A stretch of DNA of 63,436 nucleotides, the filler included, from Rhabdomonas costata (lineage: Eukaryota): the NCBI GenBank assembly GCA_019059605.1. It is 53 parts of 53 records of this genome, joined end to end, with 100 filler letters (N's around TTAATTAATTAA, not from the genome) between each part and the next. Parts side by side here need not be neighbours in the genome. Positions count along the whole stretch, not along the records: positions 47,957 to 49,051 come from JAHMHO010028681.1; positions 49,152 to 50,246 come from JAHMHO010028682.1; positions 50,347 to 51,445 come from JAHMHO010028683.1; positions 51,546 to 52,646 come from JAHMHO010028684.1; positions 52,747 to 53,845 come from JAHMHO010028685.1; positions 53,946 to 55,044 come from JAHMHO010028686.1; positions 55,145 to 56,243 come from JAHMHO010028687.1; positions 56,344 to 57,442 come from JAHMHO010028688.1; 45 more parts are not named here. One strand, given 5' to 3'. Within the stretch, counting starts at the first letter, position 1; the number at the start of each line of letters is the position of its first letter. Below are positions 49,036-62,071 of this stretch, one piece after another. The notes under the pieces were generated by a model, which did not search any database, was not told where the DNA came from, and worked only from the letters and a program-made list of their open reading frames with translations. A program made the position numbers and the translations under genes.

Positions 49036-51649
49036 CGAGTAACCACACACANNNNNNNNNNNNNNNNNNNNNNNNNNNNNNNNNNNNNNNNNNNNTTAAT
49101 TAATTAANNNNNNNNNNNNNNNNNNNNNNNNNNNNNNNNNNNNNNNNNNNNTGTGGTGGTGCAGAGGCGCAGGGAAGGCCGCCGTGGGCAGTCCAAGCAC
49201 AGGCTTGTAGCCTCCCCCAGGGGCCGCGGGAAGCCTGCCAAAGGGTACAGGGGATCCAATGCAATTCTTTGGCATTGTATGTTGGGGTGACGGTGGAAGG
49301 GATTATACCGTTCTAACGGTCTAACGTCGGTACTTGGCTCATGGTTTTTTTTAGCGATTGTAGCGATGCCCAACGGTTGTGACACTGTTCTTCGGTTTAC
49401 GGGCTGATTAATAGTCAAAGGGTTATTAACTGGTGCAACCGCGGGTGAACGGGTTGACGCTGTTTGACAGCTGTAAAGTTTCCAAACAAATCCGCCACGC
49501 AGCGACAGGTTTTCTCAATTTATTTCTTCTAAGATGGAGCAGCGCTGGCTTGTACAACCCCGCAAGCCTCCCAACGGATCCTCAAAGCTGTCTGAAAACC
49601 GAATCACTGCTCCCGGTTCTGGTGATGGGCAGCCCTGTTCGCAGCCCTCACGCAATGGGGAATCTAACGTTCCAGACTCACAGAAAGACGGTCAAATCGA
49701 CAAAAAACCTCCCCCTGGGTGCCTTACCTTGAGCCATGCGGTTGAACGGGTGAACGGCTGCTCAGCGGCGAACCGCAGTTGGATTTACCGGTGGATCTCC
49801 GCCCTCGATCCCCTCGCAAAAATGATTTCGTGTCTCACGGGATGGCAATGATAATACCGTACAACACCTCTTTCTGGATAAAAGGTTGGTCCATAAAGGC
49901 GAGGGCTCTGTGGGCCTTCTTCTACGAGAGGCCTGTCATTCATTGTACAGAAAAAGACGGCACAGAGGAGAATATGAAAAACCGGAAGGCGCTCTGTGGG
50001 GAGGGCTGTGACAGCTGCAGTGGCAGTGCGGCAGGGGAGGGTCCTGGGCTGGCTACGATGCTGCCCAAGGAGGGCGACCCCGTGTGCGGCGGGGAAACTC
50101 CGCCCCCGCTGAGCAGCGAGGTGCCCATGGAAGGCCGGCTGCCAAACACCAAAGACACCAACGGCTAAGTACCGAGCAAAAAGAAAAACAGAGAGACTAT
50201 CAAGAAACATCACATACGCAAACAAGGAGTTTTTGTACACCCACAANNNNNNNNNNNNNNNNNNNNNNNNNNNNNNNNNNNNNNNNNNNNTTAATTAATT
50301 AANNNNNNNNNNNNNNNNNNNNNNNNNNNNNNNNNNNNNNNNNNNNCCCTAAATGCTTACGATGGGCCAAAAAGAAAAGAAAAGAAGCAAGTCAAAAGCT
50401 TGCTGTGCTTGTTCAGATCTAAACTGTACAGAACAAAAAGAACACTCAAGAAAGATAAAGAGGATGACGAAAACTTCCCCCTGGCTTCAGAACGTGATCC
50501 TGAGGGAAGGGGGTCCCTGAATCCTGCTCTGCTACCATCTTTACACAATTCTGCGGCAGAAGCCTTCGCTTCATTTTGCTTCAGCGGAAGCACCAACTTA
50601 AATGGCGACAGGCAGCACGTGTCAAGTAATCGCAACAATGAATAACTGTGCCGGAATTACCCACCCAAACCTGAGGAACAAAAAGCCGCCAAAGTATAGG
50701 ACCTCATGGAAGTTCAGTTCTAAAAGCGGTGCAGAGGAGAGACAGGAGAGAGCAAAAGTGAGGCGGTGCACGGGGAAGGGGTCGGGCCGCATGCCCGGGG
50801 ACGGGTGCGGCGAGCACGGTGGCGGGCATCCCCAACGGCGGCGGAGAAGGCGGAACGCTGACGGTGGACCACCGAGTCGGAGCTCTGCCCTCCCTGCAAT
50901 TGCAATGGGAAAGAAATGGATTAGGGGACGAGAAGAACCGAGGGGAGCGTCTGTGTGCATCTGTGGGTGGGTGCTTTTGACATATCTCTGAGCTATCCGT
51001 AAAAAACCCCTTCCTAGTCGATCGGGTCACAAGGCATTGCGCTGGGATAGCCCTTGTCGTTTGCTAGGGAAGAACTATCATCTGCGCTTCTTATTGGGGA
51101 ATGCGTTTCACGGGCACAAACGGAGGCAACATGCAAACACACAACGAACACATCGGTAGCAAGAATTGCTGAAGTGCGCGCCAGCCTGGGCGTTCTTTGC
51201 TCTCGGTCGAACTGGTCCGAAAAAGTGTGAAACCATCACAAAGAATGTGAGAGAAGGTATCGTGAGTGCAGGCCAAGCGAGCACGGGGCAGCACAACCAC
51301 ACCTGAGCACTGGGGCGATCGGCATTGGCCTCCGCCGAAACATCTGCGCAGAATACGGGGGACACATCGCACCCGGGCCGGATTTGCAAGCTTCCTTTCA
51401 TTCATGGCACCCATAGCCATAAAAAACGCCCTTTCCCACCACAGANNNNNNNNNNNNNNNNNNNNNNNNNNNNNNNNNNNNNNNNNNNNTTAATTAATTA
51501 ANNNNNNNNNNNNNNNNNNNNNNNNNNNNNNNNNNNNNNNNNNNNGTGGTTGTTCTGCAGACCTGTTGGTGTTTTGGCGCGCTCACGGTGCTGCTGTTCG
51601 TACTGGACGACAAGACGGGCTTTGGGGTGAGGGTGTGCGCCGTGCCCAT

Positions 51650-51650
<1 letters not shown>

Positions 51651-51682
<32 letters not shown>
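51651..51682. repeat. (CA)16 microsatellite
   Basis: Directly visible. Confidence 0.95.
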
Positions 51683-51684
<2 letters not shown>

Positions 51685-52746
51685 AGGGGTAAGGTAATGG
51701 CGGTGGCAGTGCGGCTCCCACAGAACGGAGCGCTCCGCGCCCTCCCAGAACTCCCGGTGCCGCCTCCAGTCCTCGGGGAGCTGGTGACCCACCCCGCGGA
51801 AAGGGAAGGAGGGAGGGAGGAGTACAGTGAGGCGGGGCTGTGAATTTTCTGATGAGGCCCCTGCAGGAAGCTCACTACAAGCTTTGGGTGTGAAAGCCCT
51901 GTTCAATACAGTGAGCGCGACGAGCCACGGTGAGCCCGCCAGGATTCTATTTACTAGCAGTAGTGGAGCGACTGTCCCATTTAGATTTGAGCGCAAGGCA
52001 AAGGGGATGCATATACACAGGAGAGCATGAACCTGCCCTGCAAAAGTTTTGTGAATGAGATAAGGATAAGCAAAAAAAGGGAATGGGTAAATGAGAATGT
52101 TTATGTGCGTGGGTGGGCGTTGGAAGTTGAAGCTCATGATAAGGACCAGCTTTGGATTGAGATACTTTGTTCAGTTTTTCTCAGCACATTGCGTCTCTGC
52201 TTCAAAAACCCCATTTTGTTTGCGGCTCTCACGGTTCACAAACCTGTCGGGCTAGGCCAAAGTCAGCGATCTTGAGATTCCCGTCGTTGTCCAGAAGAAC
52301 ATTCGAAGCTGTGCCACCATGCGTGTGCCGCGCAATCGCAACGCAAAAAGGCACCCATCGTCATGCAACGGCACGGGTTCCGAAAGTCTCAGCTCTCTTG
52401 CGGGCTTCCCTACTCAGGTATTGCCCGGAAAGAGGGGCTCACTAAAACCACCACAAAGGGGCACTGTTCTCAAATCCCCGCAAGAAGTGAGGGGGCGTCT
52501 CAGCTTCTTATTGAAGTGGTAGCACAGCGAATGCGGACCCCTTTGTGGATGCCGAAGCAGCTCGAAGATGTCTTTATTTGTGATGGTTACTGGGGGATTC
52601 GATGGCAGCTGACTCGAAACGCTTCCGTGCAGTGGGCTACCACATANNNNNNNNNNNNNNNNNNNNNNNNNNNNNNNNNNNNNNNNNNNNTTAATTAATT
52701 AANNNNNNNNNNNNNNNNNNNNNNNNNNNNNNNNNNNNNNNNNNNN

Positions 52747-53845
52747 GGGTTGTGTGTCATTCTCGAGCTGCTGCCGAATTGCAGCAAGCTGGTGCTCGGT
52801 GTCAGCACCCGAGGGGGAGGTCTGGGTGACGCCGTCAGAATATGAGGGGGTTGAGGTATCTGTGCCTGCCTCGATGGTAGGGCACACTACGGTCTGCACC
52901 TGGCGTGACAGGGCTACTCTGGCTCTGCGTTGAAGCATTGCTTGAGCAGTCCGAAGCTGGCAGAGTTCTCCGGAAAGGCTCGATAATGCGTCTTCCTTCA
53001 CGCTCAGCTGCTTTTCCATATGCTGAGCGGAGGTTAGAGCCGTCCCAATCTCTGAAAAGTGTGATACCACAAAACTTAACTGAGCGGAATGAACCTCAAA
53101 AAGGGTAGTACTCACCTGAGACTTCACCCAAGCGAGCTGTTCAGCAACCACAGAGAGACTTATCATCGGCTTAACAGTCCCTGTCACAGCACCAGAACTC
53201 AGAGGTGAAGAACCCTTATCTGTCTGGGTAGAATTATCACAGGAGAATGAAACAGTAGTCTTGACTGCTTCCCGCTCCGTGGAAGCCAAAAGCATCACCG
53301 ATGACATTTGGACATTTTCATGTGCGGCTTCCTGAGAAGGCTCGATGGAGGACATGGTGGGAAAACTGGGAAACCCCTCGCTGTTCGAGCTCCCTGGTTC
53401 CTTGCGCTGAACTCGGAGGAGATGCCTGAGGCTTGCACACAACTCATAGTTGCGAAGCGCCTGCATTTCGTACCACAGCACTTGCATTGTCCGCTTGTAG
53501 CAATCAACTCGGAGGGGAAGAATAGCATTCGTCAAGCCACGGCCAAGAAAGTCCAGCCGATCTTGCAGGGATAGAGCCAGGTCAGTCTTCACCTGCAACT
53601 GCTCCATCAGGGCAAACTTTTCTTGCATTTCCTCGGTCATTTGAACCTGCAATTGGCCAACGACCAACTCGAGCTGGTTCTTCTGCCCAGTGACTGCCAC
53701 AAGTCGTTGTAAAAGGGCATCAAAATCACGAGCCTGTGCGGAGACTATCCCAGACAGCCGAACTGCCTCAAGGCCACGCTCTTCAGCCTCCTGAAGACGC
53801 TCAAAGAGGTTTTCGCGGCTTCGATCCAGCGACTCCCAAAAACAA
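52747..53845 (-). CDS. Large coiled-coil protein, one long exon spanning the contig
   Basis: One frame stays open across the whole 1.1-kb contig; L/Q/E/S-rich heptads. Confidence 0.75.
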
Positions 53846-54785
53846 NNNNNNNNNNNNNNNNNNNNNNNNNNNNNNNNNNNNNNNNNNNNTTAATTAATTA
53901 ANNNNNNNNNNNNNNNNNNNNNNNNNNNNNNNNNNNNNNNNNNNNTTGTGTGTGTGGCGCGTGAGTGAGTAGGCGTGTGTGCCACCGAGTGTTCGGCACA
54001 TAGCGCGCTGGCTGATGCCTGATTGACTGCTGGTAACCGCTGTTAAATGACTGTTACAAGACGGGCGAGCGCGTTGCTGGCCACGGGTGCTCGCGAAGGT
54101 ATCGTTGGAGCGAAGGGTGCGAGGGTGCGGTGGGTACCGGCTCACTGCCGAACGTTCCACATCTGGTGACTCCCTTCTGCTCCACGGGTCCCGGGCCTTT
54201 GTCGCGCGCCTGCTTTTTTCCAGCGGCCACACCCGCTGATCCATTGCTGTCTGTGCGTGTGCGTGCGTAAATTGCGGCTTGCTGAGGTGGCGGGTTCTTT
54301 GTTGTCTTCGAGACAAACGGCAATTTTCGAGCAGCAAGGTGAACAGAGCACAGAAGCAGAAGAGATGCTGACCACTGGACGTTGTAAAATCTTTGGTTTG
54401 ACGAAGAATTGGGAAATAAAAGATATGGAGAAATAGGGAGAAAATTGTGATAGTCTGTAAGAACGGCTGCAGCTGGGGTTGTACGGAGGGGGGGGGGTGC
54501 CTGGGTTGAAGAAAGCAATGCCTGTGAACTCACTGCCGAATGGGTGAGGAAGAGAAGGGATACAACCGAAACGAGAGCAGGGGAGTTCGGGAGGAGAGGA
54601 AAACTCAATCTAACCAATGACAACTCACCGCACTAATCATACTGCTCCTCTCCACACATATCCAATTTGCCCGTTGATGGAATGGTAGAAGGAAGGTTAT
54701 CAGGGTATAGAGTATAGGGTACAGTATAGTAGAAGTAGTAAGTAGGTACAGTAGTAGTACACATACGCCCACGTACACCAAACAC

Positions 54786-54927
54786 CTTGCGCAGCTCGGC
54801 CAGGGTCTGCGCGCTGCCCTTCGCGATCTCGGCCACCACCAACTCGCACATGATCCCCACCATGGCACACACCGAGGAGCTGTCTGCACCCCCGCTGAGG
54901 GGCAGGAAGAAGCCCCGCTGACCCGAC
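54786..54927 (-). CDS. QNS1: Glutamine-dependent NAD(+) synthetase exon
   Basis: RSGQRGFFLPLSGGADSSSVCAMVGIMCELVV, the eukaryotic NAD synthetase P-loop; bounded by TGTAG| and |GTGTTT. Confidence 0.93.
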
Positions 54928-55157
54928 CTACAAGGACACATCCGCACAACAACAAGTGCAAACCGTATACAACCCACTTGCCTCCATCACGCGCATCTCG
55001 CGCTGTCCGTTTACGCAAACAACCGAATGCTGAAACCAACAACANNNNNNNNNNNNNNNNNNNNNNNNNNNNNNNNNNNNNNNNNNNNTTAATTAATTAA
55101 NNNNNNNNNNNNNNNNNNNNNNNNNNNNNNNNNNNNNNNNNNNNGGTGTTGGGTCAG

Positions 55158-55361
55158 CCCAAGGAGGGGGACTGCGTCGTCCGTGGCCCGGAGTGGTCCA
55201 GCGGGGACCAGGACGGCGGTGCGGGGAAGCGAGGCAGAGTGACGCATGCGACTTCTTTCATTTGCAAAGTGAAATGGGAGTCCTCGGGCGAAGTGGGCGG
55301 CTGGTACACATGCACCGATCAGAAATGTGACCTCCTTGTCGTCGAGGCGGCCTCAGCAGAG
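55158..55361 (+). CDS. MIB/HERC2 domain exon
   Basis: GDCVVRGPEWSSGDQDGGAGKRGRV...VKW....Y....DL matches the Mib_Herc2 signature. Confidence 0.85.
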
Positions 55362-56464
55362 GTCGGTTTCAATCACTTTGCCTTCTCCCTTTTCCTCCCT
55401 CCTTGCTCCTGGAAGTGGGATCCCTTTCCCTCCCTCCCTTCCTTCCTTCCTTCCTTTCTCATTCTAGCCTGACTCCCGACTGCATTCCAATTCGAGCACT
55501 TCTTATTTGTTTTATGGCGGCTTTGTTTGTTTTGCTTGTGCCCTTGGGGTTTTGTATGCGCCTGATGGAATTTCTGCTTTTTATTGGATTCTTTTTCTGA
55601 GCGGTGTCCCCAGAACGTTGCTTACTGCCAAACTCTCGAGCTCCCATCGCAAACACTGATAAGCGCGTGAGCCGGCCTCTCTTTAAATGTACAGAAAAGT
55701 TTTTTGAGAGACAATGTTGTCACCTCAGAGCCTGAGCACATTGATATACGTATAACGTTCTCATACGTATCCGGAATTACGTATCCGGAATGTTATACGC
55801 GTGTAAAGCATTTATGCGTAAAATAGTTGCCCCCCTCCCAAAGAAAAAGAAACAGAATACACTTGACCGCACGTTCCCATTCCTTATCCATTCTGGTGTT
55901 TTCACTCCCCACGGCCTGCAATAGTTGCGCCCACTTTTTTTACCCATTCCCAGGGTTTTTGTTGTATTGTTTTCTCATCCCCACCCCTGCCATTAGTTTT
56001 ACATCTTCACATTGTTAAACAATACACACAGGCACCCGTGCCTGATCGAAACCCTGTGAGCACTGCCCCCTTCGGCTGTGAACTGACCATGAAGTATTGC
56101 GATGTGTCAGTTACCGGACAATAGGGAAATGTTCAGGCCTTGCTGCTTCCCTTTTGCGCCTTTTTTCCGCTTGTTTGGTGAAAGTCGGCGTCTCCAAGTA
56201 CGCTTTACCCCCTCCGTTTCACGCAGTGTGATTGCCCTTTAGTNNNNNNNNNNNNNNNNNNNNNNNNNNNNNNNNNNNNNNNNNNNNTTAATTAATTAAN
56301 NNNNNNNNNNNNNNNNNNNNNNNNNNNNNNNNNNNNNNNNNNNCTCTCGATCATCCCTCCGCTTGTGCATATGTATGCCATAAGAGAGACGTGAAAGGAA
56401 GTTGAACTTGCGTGCTTGCTTATCGCGATGAGAGCTTTCTTCTTTGGTTTTGCTCCGCGTGCAG

Positions 56465-57404
56465 CACGCATAACATCCCCTACGGACTGACTGTTCCCAA
56501 TGCTCTGGGCTACGAGGTACCTTACCTCACAAAGCTGTTCACGCAGTGGCTGCACCTGGTCGCGGTATGGGTGGCGGGGCCTCGTCCTGTGCTTTCTCTT
56601 TGTCCTTGTGATATGTCTGCCCCTGCGCAAAAGGGCTCCCTGTTGCATCGGGGGGGGGTGCCCCCTGTCGGAGTACAACAACACATTTTCTAAATTTCTC
56701 ATAAAAACAAATAAATGACAACAAGACATACTTTTCGCAGAATTCGCAAACCACGATGAAAAGTGTGTGTGAGTGAAGGACTGCACTTGAGGCTTGGTCA
56801 GTTTGGTAAGGTTGGGACTGCAATGAAGCGGGCGAAGCGGAACCAGAAAAATAGGCGAGTCTTCTAAATAGTGTGGAATTTGGTTGTTCTGGCATGAATT
56901 TTTTATCACCGACAATGCACCGTCCCCAGGTTCCCGCAACGAAGTGAGGGATGTGGTGAAGCAGGTAAAGTTGTGCTCACGAAGGAAAAAGATTGAATGT
57001 TGTGCTCTGCGGAGAGATAGTGACACCGACCGTTGCCTGGATAGTTTTTGCCGTCACATGTTTGAAGTGGTGTTTGCGTGTTGGTTTGTGCTGTTTTTGG
57101 TTAGCGGTACCGACGTGTGTTAAGGGAGTAACACAGGCACCGAGCTGAGGGCGCTTTTGTTCCTTGCGGTGGCGGTGGGGCCTGGCCTGGGTGGGTGGTG
57201 GGGTCGGCGCCTCAGGAGATGCGGTGCTCCTCTCCGATCCTGTTCGCCCTGGACAGCTTCCTGGTGTTCTACCATATTCACCCCTTCATGGATTGCAACA
57301 CCAGGGTCTCCGAGATCCTCATGAACGCCATCCTGATGAGCTACGACCTTCCCCCGGTGCAGCTTCTGCTCTTCATGGACAAGCGCACCCTGCGGAAGCT
57401 GCAG
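56465..57404 (+). CDS. Fic/Doc (Fido) domain protein with non-canonical active-site motif; exons 56465-56564 and 57216-57404
   Basis: EVPYLTKLFTQWLHLVA + phase-0 GT-AG intron + EMRCSSPILFALDSFLVFYHIHPFMDCNTRVSEILMNAILMSYDLPPV follows the Fic core (..IHPFxDGNGRxxRLLMNxxLxxxGxPP). Confidence 0.85.
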
Positions 57405-57549
57405 GTTGACACTCTATGGCGCTTTTCTGCACTCCTACCCACNNNNNNNNNNNNNNNNNNNNNNNNNNNNNNNNNNNNNNNNNNNNTTAATTAATTAANN
57501 NNNNNNNNNNNNNNNNNNNNNNNNNNNNNNNNNNNNNNNNNNGGGTGGT

Positions 57550-58208
57550 GGAGGCCGGGGATTCCTCGGCCTCCACCTCCTCCATGCCATCATCGGCGTC
57601 AGCCTCGAGCTCCGCTGTGTCCTGTCCGTCCTCCAGCACGACGTCCCCAACGGCCTGGCAAAGGGCAATGGGAAAGGCAAATGCTGAACACACCTTCCCC
57701 CTGCCCTCGGGTGGAAGTTGGATGTTCCTTCAGGGGAACAGTGGATAGGAGGAGCGGCATTACACGGGACAACACCTCCTTCCCCAGACATTTCGGTTGA
57801 AGGTGGCTTACGGACGTGAACCACAGGGATGGTTCTCGGGGGGCGAGTTTCAGCCTAAGCCCGAAAATGACAAAGAGAAAGACATTTCTCTGGTACTGGG
57901 GGGGGGCTCCTCACCCTCACACACCGTAAAGGGCCACGTGCATCGCTCCCTAACCCTGGAAGATCTTCTATCATGTCCCAATAGGAGGAAGAGGTAAGCA
58001 TCCTGTGCGGTTCGAGGATGCACCGTACACTGGAGGGTCCCTAAATGCATTGACAGAGGGAGGAGGTCCCCCCTAAAAAAACACCAGCGTCAACCAAACC
58101 CATGTTGATGGACACACCACGGCGTCGCCGTACAGCTCAACCCGCCGAGAAGCCATGTGATTCCATACATAGCTCTGCAAGGAGTGCATGTACATCATCC
58201 GCAGCTGC
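57550..58208 (-). CDS. PUS7: TruD-family pseudouridine synthase; exons 58208-58118 and 57654-edge
   Basis: RQLRMMYMHSLQSYVWNHMASRRVELYGDAV + AVGDVVL followed by an acidic insert; phase-0 GT-AG intron 58117-57655. Confidence 0.9.
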
Positions 58209-60225
58209 CTGCCAGCGCCCACACCCACACCCACACCCACATTCACACAGAGACACAAGCCACGACAGCCACCGCCTGCGCAGTGCACTCTCTCACATCG
58301 CAGAACCCAACCTTGAAAAGAATCATGCAGCTGCGCGGCAGCACCATTTCAGTTTTATCAGAACGAGCGGAGGAAATCATTCTACACACCCCGTCCCATC
58401 ACTGCTCTTTTCGGTAATGACTCGGCTCACAATGGCTATTTTTACCCTTTGCACGATGCCAACACCTTTCACAATGCATTCACAGGTGTGCATACCTTCC
58501 TGAGATGCCACTGGCAAAGGGTGTGAAACAAAGAGTGTCGTCCTGCAGACTTGCAAAGGCCAACTTCTCATCCTGCTCATCCTGCACATAAACAGATACC
58601 ACTCCAGACCACTGAGTGCACTGCTGGGGTACCCACCCCCNNNNNNNNNNNNNNNNNNNNNNNNNNNNNNNNNNNNNNNNNNNNTTAATTAATTAANNNN
58701 NNNNNNNNNNNNNNNNNNNNNNNNNNNNNNNNNNNNNNNNGTCGGGGTTCGGGGTTCGGGTTCATGCTATGCCTCCAGTCGCTTTGTGTCTCTTGCGCAA
58801 TTGCAGGCATGTGGTTGCTGAGTGTGTGTGGGGGGGGGTCGTCGCTTCGCTGTTTATAGATTGCATTTTTCGCCCCTTCTTCTTGCTATTTTTTATGCGT
58901 GTGTGGTTTAACTGCTGTGCACAAGGGAGGTGAGAGATGTGGACTGACATAGCAGCAGCAGCAATTCAAACGAAATCCCCACCATGTTGAATTTGTGTGG
59001 CGTTTGTGTTCAGATATCTGAAAACGGAAAAGACGGCAACACAGCGGCAGCTTGTTCAGGTTTGTTGCTGGCACACCTTGCGTCATGCGGGCGTTTTTAT
59101 CGTTGTCAGTTTCGTGACAACCAATATTTCCACTCCCACAAAAACCGCTCTTTTCCTTCGCGGCAAGCGCACCTAGAGAAAGCCCATTTTCTTCCGCATT
59201 CCTCTCCATGTCTTTCACAAAGCCATGCTCTTGTGCTTGTGTGTACTGATTGTGTCATTTTTTAGTTGTCGACCTGTTGGTGTTGTGCTGAGTTTTTTTG
59301 CCTTTTGGTGAAATTCTTCCAACGTACAACCACAATAGTATGTGAAAAAGTTTCCTTTGTCAACTGCACAGTGAGTTTGTCGACGAAAACCCTGGAACCG
59401 CGTGGTTCAATGCGTCATTGGAGTTTCCGAGAGGTGGCTGGGCATTGGGAACGGGAGATTTTTCGGCAGTCGCTGGAGGCATAAAAGACCACCACAGCAG
59501 TGTTGAGATGCCCCGTGGAAAGCGTGTATTTATGTACGTCATTTCTTCTTCCCCAACCTTTGTAAACTGAAAACCCATGCGCAAGCACTTGGACAGCACC
59601 CATGCTCACCGTGGTGAGTCTGTGTGGTGGTGCTTCCCCTGTGTCATGTGCCTGCAGTATGTCTCTTCCTCCTCCGTTTTACAGGAAGCGCGGCGGGAGA
59701 AGACTGCCATGGAAGAGGCACTGGGCGTGCTCCGTTCCGCCCGGCCGTCTGTCGTCAGCAGTGACCCTCCCCCTGTCGCCCCACCGGTGGTGGCCCCGGA
59801 GGGAGTCTTGCCCGCGTCGGAGTCCATCGACCACCCACCNNNNNNNNNNNNNNNNNNNNNNNNNNNNNNNNNNNNNNNNNNNNTTAATTAATTAANNNNN
59901 NNNNNNNNNNNNNNNNNNNNNNNNNNNNNNNNNNNNNNNGGCTTTCTGAAAGGCACGCTCTCCTCGCATTTCTCCTCAAAACTCAAGACCCGAAGCAGAG
60001 AGGAACATACACAAGGAGGGCTATTTTTGGCAGAGAAAATGGCTCGGTCCCACAGTCTCACTGCCAAAAGTGAGCCCCGAAATCCATTCGTGCAGCACAT
60101 CACAGCCATCCCGTGCACATCCCGACGCCCAGCTCATGGACCGACCGGGGGGGGGGAACCCTTCCTTCAACTGAGATACAATGGCCCTCCACACAAAGCG
60201 CACACATCCGTCGCGAACCTGCAGC

Positions 60226-60960
60226 AGAGAGCTCGCCCCACTCCGCTGTGCCCGAGCCCGCACTGTTGTAGTGCTCCTCTGGACCCATCAGGGGCTGCCG
60301 TCCCTCCTCGTAGTCCTCCAGGGCCTCGGGGTGCGGCCCTTCCGCAGCGGGTCCCCCTCTGCCCCACTCCGCGTCTGGTAGGGCCAAGACCTGCTGCTGC
60401 TGCTGCTCCCACCGAGTGGGGGGTCTGGCGGAGGGCAGGGAGCCGGCCCGTGGGCGGGAGCCATAGCTGGAGGGGAGAGGCCCCAACAGGGTGGGTGGGA
60501 CCTCCACCCCAAACAGGCCGTCCCCATCGTCGCCCAGATCCTCCTCCACCTCGGACAACTGCGACGACCCCGCAAAAATAAATAAAGGAGAACAAGACGA
60601 GAAAACGAAGAAATCAGCACCACTCCATTACCTCAGGCGCCGCAAATACTTGGCACAGAGTGAAAATCGGAAGAGATGATCAAAAATTTCGAACATCTGC
60701 CCGAAAAAAACGAATTCATAACAACGATTGTGATATCGAAGATAGAGCGGGACACTTTCGAACCGTCGTGCCCGTCATCATTGTCAGTCCAATAGCTACT
60801 TCCACACATCCGTTGGAAGTTTTGCAGCCGGTCAGAAGAATTCTGCCCCGCTCATTCGAATGCAGTGGCATGCGACTGTTACCAGTATGAAGATAACCTG
60901 GCAAAGGCCAGCCTTGCCAATCCCGGCGATCTCTTGAATCCCATATTCCTCATAATCCAT
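60226..60960 (-). CDS. Unknown protein, N-terminal exons
   Basis: MDYEEYGIQEIAGIGK.. then CGCAG| LSEVEEDLGDDGDGLFGVEVPP low-complexity high-GC3 exon. Confidence 0.35.
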
Positions 60961-61140
60961 TTTGTAACGCCAACAGGCCCCAAGGGCCCGACATGGGCTG
61001 CGGGGCCTATACATACCAACGTACCAGCGCCTTTGTTCNNNNNNNNNNNNNNNNNNNNNNNNNNNNNNNNNNNNNNNNNNNNTTAATTAATTAANNNNNN
61101 NNNNNNNNNNNNNNNNNNNNNNNNNNNNNNNNNNNNNNGG

Positions 61141-62071
61141 TACTGGTGGTTCCATAACACTCTGCTAAACCTTGGGCTCACAGTCCTTTTTGGATACTTG
61201 CTGCATAACATCGCTCCACAGCTGGACGCATATGAGCAGATGGAGCGCCGTTTGGACGAGTTGGCAAGACGGTTGGTTCGGCTGGATCTGGAGGGCATTC
61301 CGGAGCCTTCGAGCACGGCCTCTGCGCTGGAGAAGCAGTTGTTTGAGGTTGTTTCGAACATGCGGCAGTGGAAGCCCTACATTCCGGCGACGCTTTTTCT
61401 GCGCGACGACAGCGCTTCCGCGAGCAGCGAAGAAGGAAGCCCTGTAGCTGAGTCACCACTTGTGGAGGCAGTTTTGCCGGATTCTACGGGAGCTGTCGAG
61501 CCAAAATCCCCTACCTTGTTTCTCCGGGTCACCACTTCGTCAACCACAGATGAGCATGCGGCGAAGTCGCAAGTTTCAATCCAGACCTCCTCTGCAGCTG
61601 ACGCTGTCGGTGGTCCTGACTCAAAAACCCTGTGCGAAAACAATGTTTCAACTTTGAATTCAGCCGGTTCTTCAGTCACCGTTCTGAAATTCCGACGTAA
61701 TCCGAAACTTCGTCGAGGCAGCCGAAACGTGGGCTCCTGTGCTGAAGGTGATCGGAGTCGAAAAAGCCCGGAGCAGCCGGGAGAAGTTTCTGAGCTCGGT
61801 GTTTTCACGGTACCTCAATCATCTGCATCTCCCGACAGGGACACCGCCGAAAACTTGCAAGGGAGCATGGGCAGAACCACTGATGAGACCCTGCTGAACA
61901 TTCCGGTACCCTCGAATCGAAAGCGCCCCGGTGCGGGCATGGGCACCAGGTACACGCCACAACGTTCCAGACTGACCTCGGCTGTTGGGCATAATGTTGG
62001 CTTAAGCCTGCGATTGATGTTGAAGCACACCACAGTCGCAGCTTTTTCGATGGCCAGATCCTTACGAATAG
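61141..62071 (+). CDS. Membrane protein, probably receptor-type adenylate/guanylate cyclase family (TM helix, helical linker, disordered spacer, start of cyclase-like domain)
   Basis: Over 300-aa open frame: TM LLNLGLTVLFGYLL, helical ..LFEVVSNMRQWKPYIP, long Ser-rich spacer, then LSLRLMLKHTTVAAF resembling the first cyclase strand; family call rests on resemblance only. Confidence 0.45.

Noticed and set aside
55745..55800. Cluster of short palindromes and TACGTATCCGGAAT x2
   Set aside because: Short low-complexity duplication with no second copy or functional context in the window
58741..58762. GGGGTTC repeats as telomere
   Set aside because: Only about three imperfect units at a contig start where G/T-rich primer sequence is expected
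45782..62071. REC, Fic, MIB/HERC2 and cyclase-like genes as one signalling or defence cluster
   Set aside because: Each is on a separate 1.1-kb contig ordered by length; there is no physical linkage
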